From NCBI RefSeq assembly GCF_006345805.1, contig NC_043011.1:36530464-36594463 (forward strand): a DNA stretch of 64,000 bases, read 5' to 3'. The DNA comes from Octopus sinensis (taxonomy: Eukaryota). This document shows, one piece after another, positions 12,391 through 25,590 of the stretch (positions within the stretch are counted from its first letter, which is position 1; each line of letters begins with the position of its first letter). Position numbers and translations under genes: made by a program. The notes below the pieces were generated by a model, which was not told the origin of the DNA, ran no database searches, and was given only the letters and a program-made list of their open reading frames with translations.

Positions 12391-12942
12391 CTCTACCACA
12401 TTTTGCTTTGGTCTGTCACTCATGTTCAGTACCTCACTGTTGCTTGCAATGCATTTGAAATAATTACTGACAATCCTGGGTTTGTCACTCAAATTGGATT
12501 ATTTTCTTCATTTGGTAAAATGTTTGTGGGTGGAGTTGCAGTTGTTAACAGAATTGTTCATATTGTTCTTACTGATGCTTTTAATTGCAAAGATATATTC
12601 TGTTTTGAAAACTGGATTTTCTTATCAAGTTGTAAGTTATCTTTTTATTTTCTCCTTTTGTTTGTTATCTTTGTAATTACATGCATCTTCACATTTTTGA
12701 GAGGATTTTTGTCTGATAAGAAACCAACAATCTTGAGCTGATGTAAACGAAATCAGAAAAATAATGTTATGTCCAAAAGTGACAGATGGCATGTCTTTCT
12801 CTTGTAGTTTGTAGTAGATCTGCAACAAAATTATTTCCCCAGTTTTGCTTTCTCAAATTCTCAAAGCTCATTAAACACACATCTACTTTCAGCAACATCT
12901 AATAAAATCAAAATACCAGTAATAATAATAATAGTAATGATC

Positions 12943-12985
<43 letters not shown>

Positions 12986-13019
12986 CAACAACAACAATCA
13001 TGATGATGATGATAATAAT

Positions 13020-13495
13020 ATGTCTTGGTATAAAAGATGGGCTACAGCAAATATTCTGCTTAATACGACAGATTTGCTTGTCAGTTGTTTGACCTTAACC
13101 AGTTAAGCATGTCTCTTAGTGGCTGACGATATGTGCATCTCTGATCACAAGCAGAAGTAGTGGGGGAGCATCATAGCCATGTGTTGAGAGGGATTGTTTG
13201 GGGTTTCAATAATTCACCCCTGGGAACATGGGTGGTTCGTTCAATATCCTTAAACAAATCTTATTCAGGGACCTTTTGAGTGGGATGGGTTACTCGGCCA
13301 GAAGAAAATTCTAATTGGGCCCCACCTGGAAGGTCATGTGCTGCCTATCTTGATATGAGATCACCATGTCGCACACATATGGTTGTGATGCCTGTGCCTA
13401 GCGTACCCTTATCAGACAGGTGGTCATGATGGGTATACTGGGCTTCGTATATTTTACCCCAGTGTCACTTTAATGGCATGCACTGCTCTCTCACT
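13020..13495 (-). mobile_element. Interspersed repeat, probably a LINE/SINE 3' fragment
   Basis: GC-elevated block bounded by (AAT)n runs; family not assignable from the sequence alone. Confidence 0.4.
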
Positions 13496-13759
13496 CAATA
13501 ATAACAATAAAATTCTGTGCTGCATGAGATGCAGCATGGAATTTTTTCAGTGAACAGGTCGAGATCTCTAAGAGACGAAAATATTTTGGCAAAATAAATT
13601 TAAATGTTGAAGTGAATCTAACGGTTTTTTGTGTGTTTCTTAAATGGCTTATAAACACCTTCCACGCTGCAATTGTTTTCATTCCAGCACATGATCTCAG
13701 ATCAGGTCACTTGCTATGCAAGTACATCTCCATAAAATAATAATAATAATAATAATGAT

Positions 13760-14170
13760 AATTTTTGGCACAAGGCTAGTAATTTCAGGGGATGGGCTAA
13801 GTCAATTATATCGCTCCCAGTGTTCAACTGGTACTTGTTCTACTGACTCTGAAACAATGAAAGAAAAAGTCGAACTCAGCAGAATTTAAACTCAGAACAC
13901 AAAAACAGATAGAATACAGTTAAGCATTTTACCCTCCGTGCTAATGATTCTGCCAGCTTGCTCTACTGCAGACACAAGCCCTAAAATTTTATTAGAGGCA
14001 GAGTCTACTTGATTACATTGAACCCCAGTACTCAACAGGTTCTTATTTTATTGACCCTGAAAGGATGGAAGGCGAAATTGAACCCAGCAGAATTTGAACT
14101 TAGAATGTGAATCAGAAAAAGATGTTGCTTCATATTTTGTGTGGCAGGTTAATGATTCTACAAGCTCTGC
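13760..14170 (-). mobile_element. Two adjacent Deu/Nin-domain-like tRNA SINE copies (family 4)
   Basis: Minus strand ttctgagttcaaatt...gcctttcatcctttcggggtcgataaa..aagtaccag. Further copies near 2540, 2860, 3800, 14960, 16730, 17290, 37080, 43530, 49330-50040, 50560, 50960, 54490 and 59540. Confidence 0.75.
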
Positions 14171-14324
14171 AAAATGGCGAAGATTGAAGTTGATTGTCAG
14201 ACAGAGCACAAACACACTCATACATAGAGTTTTAAACCATTTACTCAAAATCAATGGTTGCTCTGTTAGAATCATACTCAAGCCATCAGATATCCAACGA
14301 TGCTATTTATTCTTCTTTTCTTTT

Positions 14325-14538
14325 ATCCTTTTACTTGTTTCAGTCATTTGACTGTGACCATGCTGGAGCACCGCCTTTAGTCGAGCAAATCGACCCCAGA
14401 ACTTATTCATTATTTGTAAGCCTAGTACTTATTCTATCGCTCTCTTTTGTTGAACCGCTAAGTTACAGGCACGTAAACATACCAGCATTGGTTGTCAAGC
14501 ACACACACACATACATAGATACATATACATACATGTAT

Positions 14539-14576
<38 letters not shown>

Positions 14577-14730
14577 CGAAGGGCTTCTTTCAGTTTCCGT
14601 CTACCAAATTCACTCACATGGCTTTGGTTGGCCCAAGGCTATAGTAGAAGACACTTGCCCAGAAGACAGTGGGACTGAACCCAGGACCATGAGATTGGTA
14701 GGCAAGCTACTTACCACACAGCCACTCCTG
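14325..14730 (-). mobile_element. SINE family 1, full-length copy
   Basis: Complete homology to the family-1 consensus. Confidence 0.9.
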
Positions 14731-15974
14731 CACCTATTATTTACAACTGCATGCAATATATCAGTAAAGAGACTAATTCCAGTTGGAGGTCATATTAAAT
14801 ACCAATCTAATCTTTGCTTCATTTTAAATAACAGCCACACCTTCTTCAATAACACCCAACTATCTAAGAAATGGGAAGGTTACATTAGAGAATGCAAACA
14901 AATGTATCATGAAAAAGATAGGATGGTCTTAGCTGGAATATTTTTTACATATGTGTTTCTTTATTACCCACAAGGGGCTAAACATAGAAGGGACAAACAA
15001 GGACAGACAAATGGATTAAGTCGATTACATCGACCCCAGTGCGTAACTGGTACTTAATTTATCACCCCCAAAAGGATGAAAGGCAATGTTGACCTCGGCA
15101 GAATTTGAACTCAGAACGTAACGGCAGACGAAATATTTACATACGCCTGTTCCAACAGGACTGACTTGAATTTATACAAAAACAGCAAAATATCAAATAA
15201 TATTACAGTTTCTGTCTGAGATTTGTCCAGTGTACAAGAACTATTCTAAGAAGAAGCGAATTAATCTAAATCCAAAATAAATGAGATTTAGTGACAGGAA
15301 TACAATTAATGAATTTAAACAGAACCATTTATAGATCAGATTAATAAGATAAGAAATTGAGAAATAAGGGAGAAAATTAGAAAAAGATTAAAACAGAAGC
15401 AAGAATCTAATGGTAAAAGTATAATGGATGTCAGAAATAAGATTATGGATATAATTACAGTCACCATTTGAGTCATAAACTACAGCTTCAATATATGAAA
15501 TTGTAAGTGTTTAGTGAAATGATTGAACCTGATAGGAAATTAGAAGTATTACTCATGTTATTTTGAACTGACCTGTGTAAAGGTAATGAGAATAAATATA
15601 TTTACTCTGTTCACCAGAAGGAAATGAAATGGTACAAATAGAAAACTATTACAAAGTAACCACAGTGGATTTAGAAAACAATACTGCAAAGTAAGTAGCA
15701 GTAAATGTAGCTGATTACTATAATAAGGGAATTTTGTCGAAGTAAATTAAGATTTCCTATTTCAACTTGCAAGCTTGGCAATAACGTTTAAGAAGTTTTT
15801 TTGTTGCAGCAATGAGATTCCAGGTTCAGTCCTACAGCATGGCATATAGTACAAGTATCTACAACATTCAGCCTTGCACTAAATAATGCTATGGGAAATT
15901 TGGAGTTCTGGCTGGAGTGGAATTTGGTAAATAAATACTAAGCAGGATTCCCATCATATCCTCCTACCCCTCCT

Positions 15975-16005
<31 letters not shown>

Positions 16006-16017
16006 ATCATCATCACC

Positions 16018-16151
16018 ATCACCTGATGAAGACTGGAGAGTACATCAGCCGAAATGTTGTGCTAACAACAAACAAGATGAGGACAAATATCCATCAGATA
16101 TAAATAATGCAAATGATGTACATAATTCTTCATCTCTTAAATATAGAACTG
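16018..16151 (+). mobile_element. Headless HHR-SINE 3' module (HHR at 16018-16063 plus tail)
   Basis: atcac-CTGATGA-agactg...cagcc-GAAA-tGTT-gtgct followed by the complete tail; fused to a (CCT)n(CAT)n tract. Confidence 0.8.
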
Positions 16152-17956
16152 AAGAAACTAAAGTGTTAAAAAAAAAATAAAAGTCAATAGAACTGAAACT
16201 CAGAAGGATAATTCTAAAAATACTAAAAAAAAAAAAGTTAGCAATAACCTTTAGTTCTACATAGACAGTATCTCAAAATATTTGACAGTAGCAAACTGAA
16301 CTAAACCTCACTGATAGCCAACAAGGGGTCAGGAGCTGTTGACCTCATGGTGGAAATAGAAATCTGATTTCAGCTGTACACAGCCCAGTTCATAGATACA
16401 ATTACAAATAAATAATAAATAATGAATAAAATAGAAATAAATAAAATAAAATGCAGTGTGATTTTTTTCTTAAGATTAACTGTTTTTTGTGCCTGATTTA
16501 AGCTTTTAAATTTAGAATAAAGTGCCCTGTCAGCTTATACACCTACACAAATAAAAACACGCATATACAAACAGATGCAGGTAGTACTCACATAGACATA
16601 AGCATACAGATATGCACATACAAAAACACGCAGATAAATATATTCTCCATAAATAATTAACAAACCAAGAATGCATATATGTGGTCATTTGATCTGCTAG
16701 AAATATCAACCAAATTTCTTTTAAATCGTCTGTCTTTACATTCTGAGTTCAAATTTTGCCGAGGTCGATTTTGACTTTCATCCTTTTGGGGTTGATGAAT
16801 TAATTACTAGCTGCATTCTAGAGTCGATCTAATCAACTGCTCCCCCTCCCCCAAAAATTTCAGGCCTTGTCCCTAGAGTAGAAAATAATTATTCAGAGAA
16901 GGAGGCACAGTGTCTGTCTTTTTGTCAGAGACTCCATGACTGGTGGGAAGATGAGAGAAAGTTATTTTGAAATTGGAGATTTGGTCCAAATAATAGCAAC
17001 TGAGTAAACTCCATTAGGTGCTGTGTTTGACCAAGTAGAGTGTTGAGGTTAATGGCGAATTAAGTCTATTATCAAACAACTCAGAAAGCACAGAGATCTG
17101 CCAGAACAACAAATTCTTTAAGATAATCTCTTTGATGCTTTAACAATTCCTGCTATATACTGCTCTAGATTAGACCAGAACTTTATTTTATGTCGTGTCT
17201 GTGGAGAGTCGTTTTCTTTTTGTGCCTTATAATTTAACACACTCACCGGTAACATTTCTGCTTATTTCTTGCCCTAAAACAAAAAAAGAAAGATAAAAGG
17301 CAATGCTGACCATAGTAGGATTTGAACTCAGAACATTTAAAAGCTAAAACAAATACAGGTCAAATTCTACAAGACAAATCCTCTGCTACTTTAACAATTC
17401 CTTCAGTCTGTTATTCTAGACTAATAGTTTATTTCATTTTATTACCCTCCCCTTCTATCCCCAAAGAAACAGATAAAAGAAGTTGACACTGGCAGGATTT
17501 GAACTCAGAACGTGTAAATCTAAAACTAACACCACTAATGATTCTGTCAATTCACTGCCTTGGAGGGAATGTAACTATTTACACAAGCTTTTTTGTTTGA
17601 TGCACTACCAATATTAATAGTTATTCTAGATACGATTATTACATCTAACATTAACCAACAAATTGCTGAGAGCATGTTTAATCAATTAATTCTTCTTCAT
17701 AATTCCTTGGTAGTCATTATATAAAACTGTAGCAGAATGAATGGCAGACTGAGGCTGTACAATAACTTTTGAATAATTGAATTCAGTAGCAAAACTCTGC
17801 ACGATGCTACTATTTCTATAAACCTACTGCTATTTTTAATCATCATTTGATGCTCCCTTTCCAACCTCTCATGGGTGGGATGAAGGATTATAGTAAAAAT
17901 CATATCTTATTTGGAGTTACTGCCAACCTAGTCAGACTGGGAACCAAGCTTTACTC

Positions 17957-18300
17957 TTTTATTGCCTCCACCTTAGCGAAGGCGAAGGTGTTGTTTTTAG
18001 TTGTGTTTGTTTATTTATTTGTTTGTCCACGGACAAGATATCTCAAGAACCACTTGATGGATTCAGATGAAACATTCAGGGATATTTGGCCTCATGACTG
18101 GCATGAATTGATAAGATTTTGGGATCGATCCAGTAGCGGATAAGGATTCTGGATTATTTTTTCCGTTTTTTAAAATTAAGTTTTGAGAGTGGTCGGGTTC
18201 ATTTTTAGTATTCTCATTTGTGTGAGCAGTGGAGTTTATTTCAGATATTCTCATTTTAAAACTAATCTTTGGCTAAACATACTTCAACAAAGCCCTTCAC
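17957..18300 (+). mobile_element. Probable non-autonomous Helentron/DINE-1-like element
   Basis: Starts tttattgcctccacc...aaggt (short subterminal hairpin), then gtttgtttatttgtttgtcc and gatggattcagatgaaacattc, a layout typical of HINE elements. Confidence 0.45.
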
Positions 18301-19300
18301 TTCACATTGCTCTAGTCTAATCAAATGTGAATGAGTATTAGTCACATACCAATACAGCTCTCTCTCTCCCTCCCCCTCTCTCTCTCACTCTTTTTCTTTC
18401 TCTTTCTCTTCTTCCAGCTGTTACATCTTGGATGTGCCACTGGGTCCAGGGTAATGGAGCCAAAAAGTTGTCTGTGTCTGCTTACAACTACATAGGCATC
18501 TAAACCAGTTAACAAAGATACGACGGCATGTGCTACAAAGTCATATTTGCTCGCAGGTGATGGCCAGCTGTTTTATATCCTGCCATTCAAAATATGCAAA
18601 GAAAACAGACGAAGAAAAATATTTGAAAAGATAACAGAGAGAAAGAAATAGAGGGAAGAAGGAAAGAGAATGATAAAGGAGATGGAAAAAAGAGAGAAAA
18701 AATATCCAATGTAAAGAATAAAAGAGTTTTTCAAAGTTTTTGTTAACTTATGTAACTTGTGATATGAGGTTTAATTAAATTGCTACGCTGGGAGTCAAAA
18801 TAATATAGGAATTTTTGTACTTCTTTAATATCAGGACGTTTACAAATGGCTGACAAACTAATGGTGGTATATCCAAAGCTGCCAAGTGCTAATGACAGCA
18901 AAGTGAAATATATATGAATGTATTTGCATGTATATATATATGTCTGTATGAATGTATGTTTGTGCATGCATATATGTGTGTGTGTATATATATATATATA
19001 TATAGATATATATAAATATAGATAGATAGATAAATAGATAGTTGCCTTTATATATCTATATGTATATAAATATATGCATTTATACACACACATATATGCA
19101 TATCTATACATGAAAATATATATATATATAATAATATATATATATGTATATATATGAATATACATACATATATAATATATACATATATATATATAAATAT
19201 TTATAGACATACACAAACATACATACATGTATACAAATAAATATATATATATATATGTATATATTTATAGCTATCTCTGTCTGTCTGCCTGTCTCTCTCG

Positions 19301-19349
<49 letters not shown>

Positions 19350-19700
19350 TGTTTCTGTGTGGGGGAAAAGTATTTATATTTATGATGTACACTTACTTTT
19401 CTATGCTGGCGTGGGTTGGACAAGGTTTACATAAATAGATGAGTATATCTCCATATGCATATATATGTAATTATATGCATGCGTGTGCATCTGTGTGTGT
19501 GTGTGAGTGTAAGTATATATATGTATATTTACCTAGTAAAGAGATATGCAGCAATATATCTCCCTATTTGTAAATGTGCATATGTTCACATTTGTATGTA
19601 TGTATGCATACATCCATGCATTCATTCTTACATATATGCACACCCATACACATACAAATGTGCATATATATATATATATTATATATATATATACACATAA

Positions 19701-19753
<53 letters not shown>

Positions 19754-19765
19754 CATACATACATT

Positions 19766-19803
<38 letters not shown>

Positions 19804-19955
19804 AATATTATATGTATATATATATATATATATATACATACATACATTCATACACACACATATATATATATATATTATATATATATATTATATATATATA
19901 TATAATATATATATATTATATATATACATATACATAGATACATACAACATACATG

Positions 19956-19995
<40 letters not shown>

Positions 19996-20612
19996 TCTAT
20001 AAATCATATAGAACAAGATATGACAAAGCCAATCTGAAATCTCTGCATATTTCTCAGGAGAGGATTTAAAACATTTGTGCCAAACATAGATGCATTATAA
20101 GACATACAGGAAGAATGAAGATGGAAGGAAATGGAGGAAAAGCCAAAGACATGTATTTTGAGTGACTTCATTGTAAGTGAGTGGCCACAGTGGAAACTAG
20201 AAATATATATGCGGTTCCCAAATGGAATGAAAGTAGGATGTAGCTGAAATCTGGGAAATAATCCTGGTTTGTCTTGTCAAAACAAAAAAAAAAAAAAAAA
20301 AAGATCAATGAAGCGAATTAATAAAATGATATTTCTTTGTTTTTATTCTTTACACCCCAAAAAAGACCAACCAAGCACTTTCCAATTTATTTCCTTCCTT
20401 TGCAAGTCTTGTCTTCCCACCCCGCCACCACCACCGCGACTACATGGTTGTGTGAATATGGATGTAGTCGAATATGGTGTTCTGCTGACTTGAAGAATGA
20501 TCTGGGAGAGTAGGTCTTTTTTGATTAAGAAGTACATTGGTTTAATTTATATATACTTCATACATACGCAAATGTCTGTTACTTGAAAGCTCACTCTCTC
20601 TCTCTCTCTGTG

Positions 20613-20652
<40 letters not shown>

Positions 20653-20681
20653 CCTACGTACGTACGTACGTACCTACCTAC

Positions 20682-20721
<40 letters not shown>

Positions 20722-20756
20722 CTAGCTATATGTCTGTCTGTCTATCTACCTAATAT

Positions 20757-20815
<59 letters not shown>

Positions 20816-20914
20816 AATGTATAAATACATATTCATATGTATATGTACATACAAAAACATATATAAATATGTATGTGTATGTATATATATGTGTATGTAT
20901 GTGTGTATATATAA

Positions 20915-20963
<49 letters not shown>

Positions 20964-21080
20964 AGAGAGAGAGAGAGAGAGATGATATTATATTTCTGTG
21001 CACATATATATGTTCTATAAAGCGTTCAATACTGTAAGCTATTATATGTATAAATATATGTATGTATATATGTACATATA

Positions 21081-22324
21081 TATTGGATCATCCCATAAAT
21101 AATGTGGTTATTTCAACTGAATGAATAAAAGTCAGAGGGGGACAGGATAAACTACCTGTGTAGTAATATTATCTTGTACAAATTTTGAAGAGTGCAGTTC
21201 GGTTTTAACAGTTATTTTTTCAAAGTTATAATGGAAGTAACAAAGGAGCATATTCAGCATATTTTGCTTTATGAGTTCAATAAAGGCAACGATGCAATGG
21301 AAAGTGCAAGGAATATTAATGCAATATATGGGGGTCGGACAATAAGCATAAGCTACTGTCTGTGGTGGTTCCAGAAATTCTGAGCCGAAAACTACAGTTT
21401 AGAAGGTGAGCCTCATCCTGGAAGATCTGCAGAGCTCGAAGAGCATGGCCTGCAAATCCTGGTGGAAAAAAAAAATCCCATGGTAACTATTGAGGAACTA
21501 GCAGAGAAGCTTGGATTTGGTCATTCAACCATTCATCGACACATGCTTGCCGTGAGAAAAGTTAGCAACTTGGGTCAATGGGTTCTTCACAAACTTTTTG
21601 AGTTTAATTGTGCACAGAGAGTGAATGTGTGCTCTTCTTTGCTGTCATTCCTCCCGAATGAACCTTTTTTGGACTGAATAGTGACTGGTGGTGAGAAATG
21701 GGTTCTCTATAAAAATGTCAAGTGCTGCAGACAGTGGGTAGGAAAAGGAGAAAAACTTGCACCCCAGGCTAAAGAAGGTCTTCACCTATGTAAATTGTTG
21801 TTATCTGTTTGGTGGGATATGAAAGGTTTAGTCCACTTTGAACTCTTAAACACAAATCAAATGATAACAGAGGAGATCTACTGTGAGCAGCTTGAACAGC
21901 ATAAGTGCTACAAGAAAAATGACCATCTTTGGTTTCAGGACGAATGGTGTTCTTCCATCATGATAATGCTTGCCCACATGCAACAAGGATGACATTCCAA
22001 AGGCTGGAGCAGTTTGAATGGGAAATGGTGCTCCACCCACCATATTTACCGGACATTGTCCCATCTGTTTATCATATATTTTGCAGTCTACAAAATCCTT
22101 TGGACGGAAAAAAACATGAATTCTATATATGAGGTCAGAACTGTAGTGGAGGAGTATTTTTCATCAGATACAAGTGAATTTTGGAAGATGGTCCTTGCAA
22201 GTCTACCAGATAGATGGAAGAGCATCGTAGAAAATGAAGGAGGAGGGTATATTTCAGATTTATCTTAATTTTGAAAAATAAAAGAAGTATAAAAACACCA
22301 CATTATTTATGGGATGTCCCAATA
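21081..22324 (+). mobile_element. Full-length degenerate mariner (DD34D) transposon, ~1.24 kb
   Basis: TIRs tattggatcatcccataaataatgtggt / accacattatttatgggatgtcccaata in TA context. Fragmented transposase: KEHIQHILLYEFNKG, WVLHKL, VTGGEKW, HHDNACPH, HPPYLPDIVPS. Contains stops and frameshifts. Confidence 0.95.
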
Positions 22325-22326
22325 TA

Positions 22327-22530
22327 AGATTGTCGATCAAGACAAGAAACGATTGTAGTGGCGGTTTTTTTGACTATTTATTAAATTTTATGTATTGATT
22401 AAGTCTTTCCTTGTTTGTTTTGCAAAATAGTGGTTTTGTCTCAAATAATATTTTATAATATTTTACTATAAAATTGGATTTAATCCTAAATCTGATTTTT
22501 TTTCCCTGTAATTGGATATATTCCCTAATA
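22327..22530 (+). mobile_element. Penelope-like pLTR 3' fragment beginning with a 5'-truncated hammerhead
   Basis: aga-ttgtc(gatcaa)gacaa-GAAAC-gatt-GTA-gtggc, then an AT-rich tail running into (TA)n. Confidence 0.5.
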
Positions 22531-22534
22531 TTTA

Positions 22535-22578
<44 letters not shown>

Positions 22579-23464
22579 ATACAATTTAGAGAAAAACCAC
22601 TATTAAACAAATCAGTAAAGAAAGATGTTATTCACACCATATAGAAAACATATACTATAAAAAAAAACTTATTTTAAATCAATAAAGTACCATAAATAGT
22701 AAACAGTAGTGAAAAGACTACGCATGTATATATATATAAACATGCTTGTATGTATTTAAGTATTATTTATTTGCATATAAGTATGCGTGTCTTACATGTG
22801 CATATATTTGTTTCTGTCTATCTATCTATCTATATATCTATCTTTCTTTATTTCTAACAATATATATATATATATTTATAATAGTATCACACAATGTAGC
22901 ATTGTCTTATGAAGCAAAACAATATTGAAAGACACATCCTATGGTCCAATGGCACTCAAGAATCTTAGTTGTGAATCTTGCAGGTGTCATGTAAATGGTA
23001 CCTATGCCGGTAGCATATACAAAATTCATATTTTTTCCATCCAAATGATTTTGTAGACTGTGAAATAAATGAGAATCAGATGTTAGGTGTTAGGAAGGAC
23101 AACCATAGAAACCATGCAAAATCAGACTGGAACCTGGGCAGTTCTCTGGCTCATTAGTTCCAGTCAAACCATCTAACCCATGCCAGCTTGGAGAGCAGAC
23201 GTTAAACGATGACGATGATGATGATGATGATGATATATTGTTTCTCAGCATGATTTCTTCCAAAGACAAGTTCTGCAGCAAACATCTATCTGTCTACAAG
23301 TGTATGCACTGGCATATTTGTATGGTAAGAAGCTTGCTTCTCAACAACATGGTTCCTGGTTCAATCCCACTGTGTGGCAAGTGTTTTCTGCTATAGCCCC
23401 GGGCCAACCAAAACCTTGTGAATGGATTTGGTGGACAGAAACTCAAAGGAGCCCGTCATATATA

Positions 23465-23775
23465 TATAATCAAAATAAGCATCAAGGATATCCAAAGGTA
23501 GTGTAGTACAATCGTTTCATGCTACTTCATTTAATTAAACAATGTAAGTATTACATCAGTTTAATTACATTGTTAATTACATTGTGTAATACTTACATTG
23601 TTTAATTAAATGAAATAGCATGAAACGATTGTACTACACTACCTTGGATATCCTTGATGCTTATTTTGATTATAATCACCCCTTATGATTTATATGTATA
23701 ATACCATACCAAATTCTGGTGCCTTTAACTTAAGTACCATATTCATCTGAATCTAAATTTTTGCTGAACTTATAA
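23465..23775. mobile_element. Fold-back 3 (arms 23465-23555 and 23585-23674, 29 bp spacer) plus a one-sided tail to ~23775
   Basis: Arms are reverse complements, each with a 3'-half HHR GAAAC-gatt-GTA-ctaca reading outward. The tail is homologous to 31915-32030. Confidence 0.85.
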
Positions 23776-23801
23776 TATATATATATTATTATATATATAT
23801 A

Positions 23802-23869
<68 letters not shown>

Positions 23870-23896
23870 ATATATATCTATATATATATATATATA

Positions 23897-24145
23897 TGGA
23901 GGTGTGTGGCTTAGTGGTTCGGATGTCATGATTGTAAGATTGTGGTTTCGATTCCTGGACAAGGCGACGTTTTGTGTTCTTGAGCAAAACACTTCATTTC
24001 ATGTTGCTCCAGTCCACTCAGCTGGCAAAAATGAGTAACGCTGCTATGGACTGGTGTCCCATCCAGCTAGGGAAAACATATGCCATAGAAACCGGGAAAC
24101 TGGGCCCATGAGCCTGGCAAGGCTTTAAAAGGGTGCATTTATTAT
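23897..24145 (+). mobile_element. tRNA-derived SINE family 5 (V/Meta-like body)
   Basis: Head gtggcttagtggtt...tttcgattcc, body ttgagcaaaacactt...gctccagtccactcagctg, gactggtgtcccatccag, tail gaaactgggcccatgagcctgg. Confidence 0.75.
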
Positions 24146-24491
24146 TTTATATATGTATGTATATATTTATGTGAGTGTGTCTTCGTGTCTGTATTTGTCC
24201 TCCTATCATCACTTGATACTCGATATTGGTGTGTTTATGTCCCTTTATCTTAGCAGTTTGGCAAAAAACATTGATAGAATAAGTAAAAAGTTTACAAAGA
24301 ATAATTTGTTCGACTAAAAGGCAGTGCTCCTGTATGGCCGCAGTTAAATGACTGAAACAAATAAAAGAATACATATATATCATCTATATATATACATCTT
24401 TGTACATATATAGATATAGATATATTTATATATACACATATATATATATATAATATATATATGTATATATATATATATATGTATGTATGTA

Positions 24492-24591
<100 letters not shown>

Positions 24592-25590
24592 TATATTTAT
24601 GTTTTGGTATTTTTGCATGTTTATAAATATGTATGTTGCCTGCAGACACACACTTGTAGGAAGACGGGCATGCATGCACGCGCACGCACACACACACACA
24701 TTCACATACATGCAGACACACTCACACACATACATACAAGTACACATACAAACATAAAAACACACACACACACACACACACACGCACATACACATTACAC
24801 ACTCCTGGTTTTAGACATCTTGAAGAAAGCTATAGAATTTTCGCAATCAAGATAATTAAAGCCGCACAATCAAGTTAGCTCTATGCTTCTTAAAGTTATT
24901 TCTACTTGAGAATTAATGAGCAACAGACTTCGATATTTTCTTTCTCAAAATATCTCGTGTATGTAGCTGTGTGTTTATAATAATTTGAGGTGGTTTACAT
25001 TTGTAACCACCATCCAAGCAAAAAAAAAAAAGGAGAAAAAAAGAAAGCAAAAATACAAAAGGACCCAGAATTTATTTACTTATTATTTATTTATTTATTT
25101 ATTTATTTATTATTTATTTATTTATTTTTTTATTTAGCCATTCATTCATTCATTTATTTATTGGTTTGATACAGTAAATTATAAACAGTATTGCCGTTGG
25201 TTATAGGTTTCCAATCAGGAAGAAACTAGCACACTTCACTCCAAACAATATTACTGAAGAGTCTCCCTTCCTTCTTTTCTTTCTTTCCATTCTCTGCATG
25301 TATGTATTATGTTCACGTATATAGATGTGTCTATTGATGTGTGTATACGCACAAACACAAACACACACATATACATCATCGTCATCATCATCATCATCAT
25401 TTAACATCTGCTTTCCATGCTGGCATGGGTTGGATGGTTACACAGGAGCTGAAGGGCTGTTCAGGCTCCATGTCTGTTTTGCCATAGTTTCTACGACTGG
25501 ATGCCCTTCCCAATGCCAACCACTTTACAGACAGAGTGTACTGGGTGCTTTTATGAATGTGTATATATACGTACGTATATATACTCTTTA

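Noticed and set aside
12070-12741. 223 aa ORF as a host gene
   Set aside because: Chimeric frame running through a SINE-like fragment, a CR1-group LINE end and unrelated AT-rich DNA.
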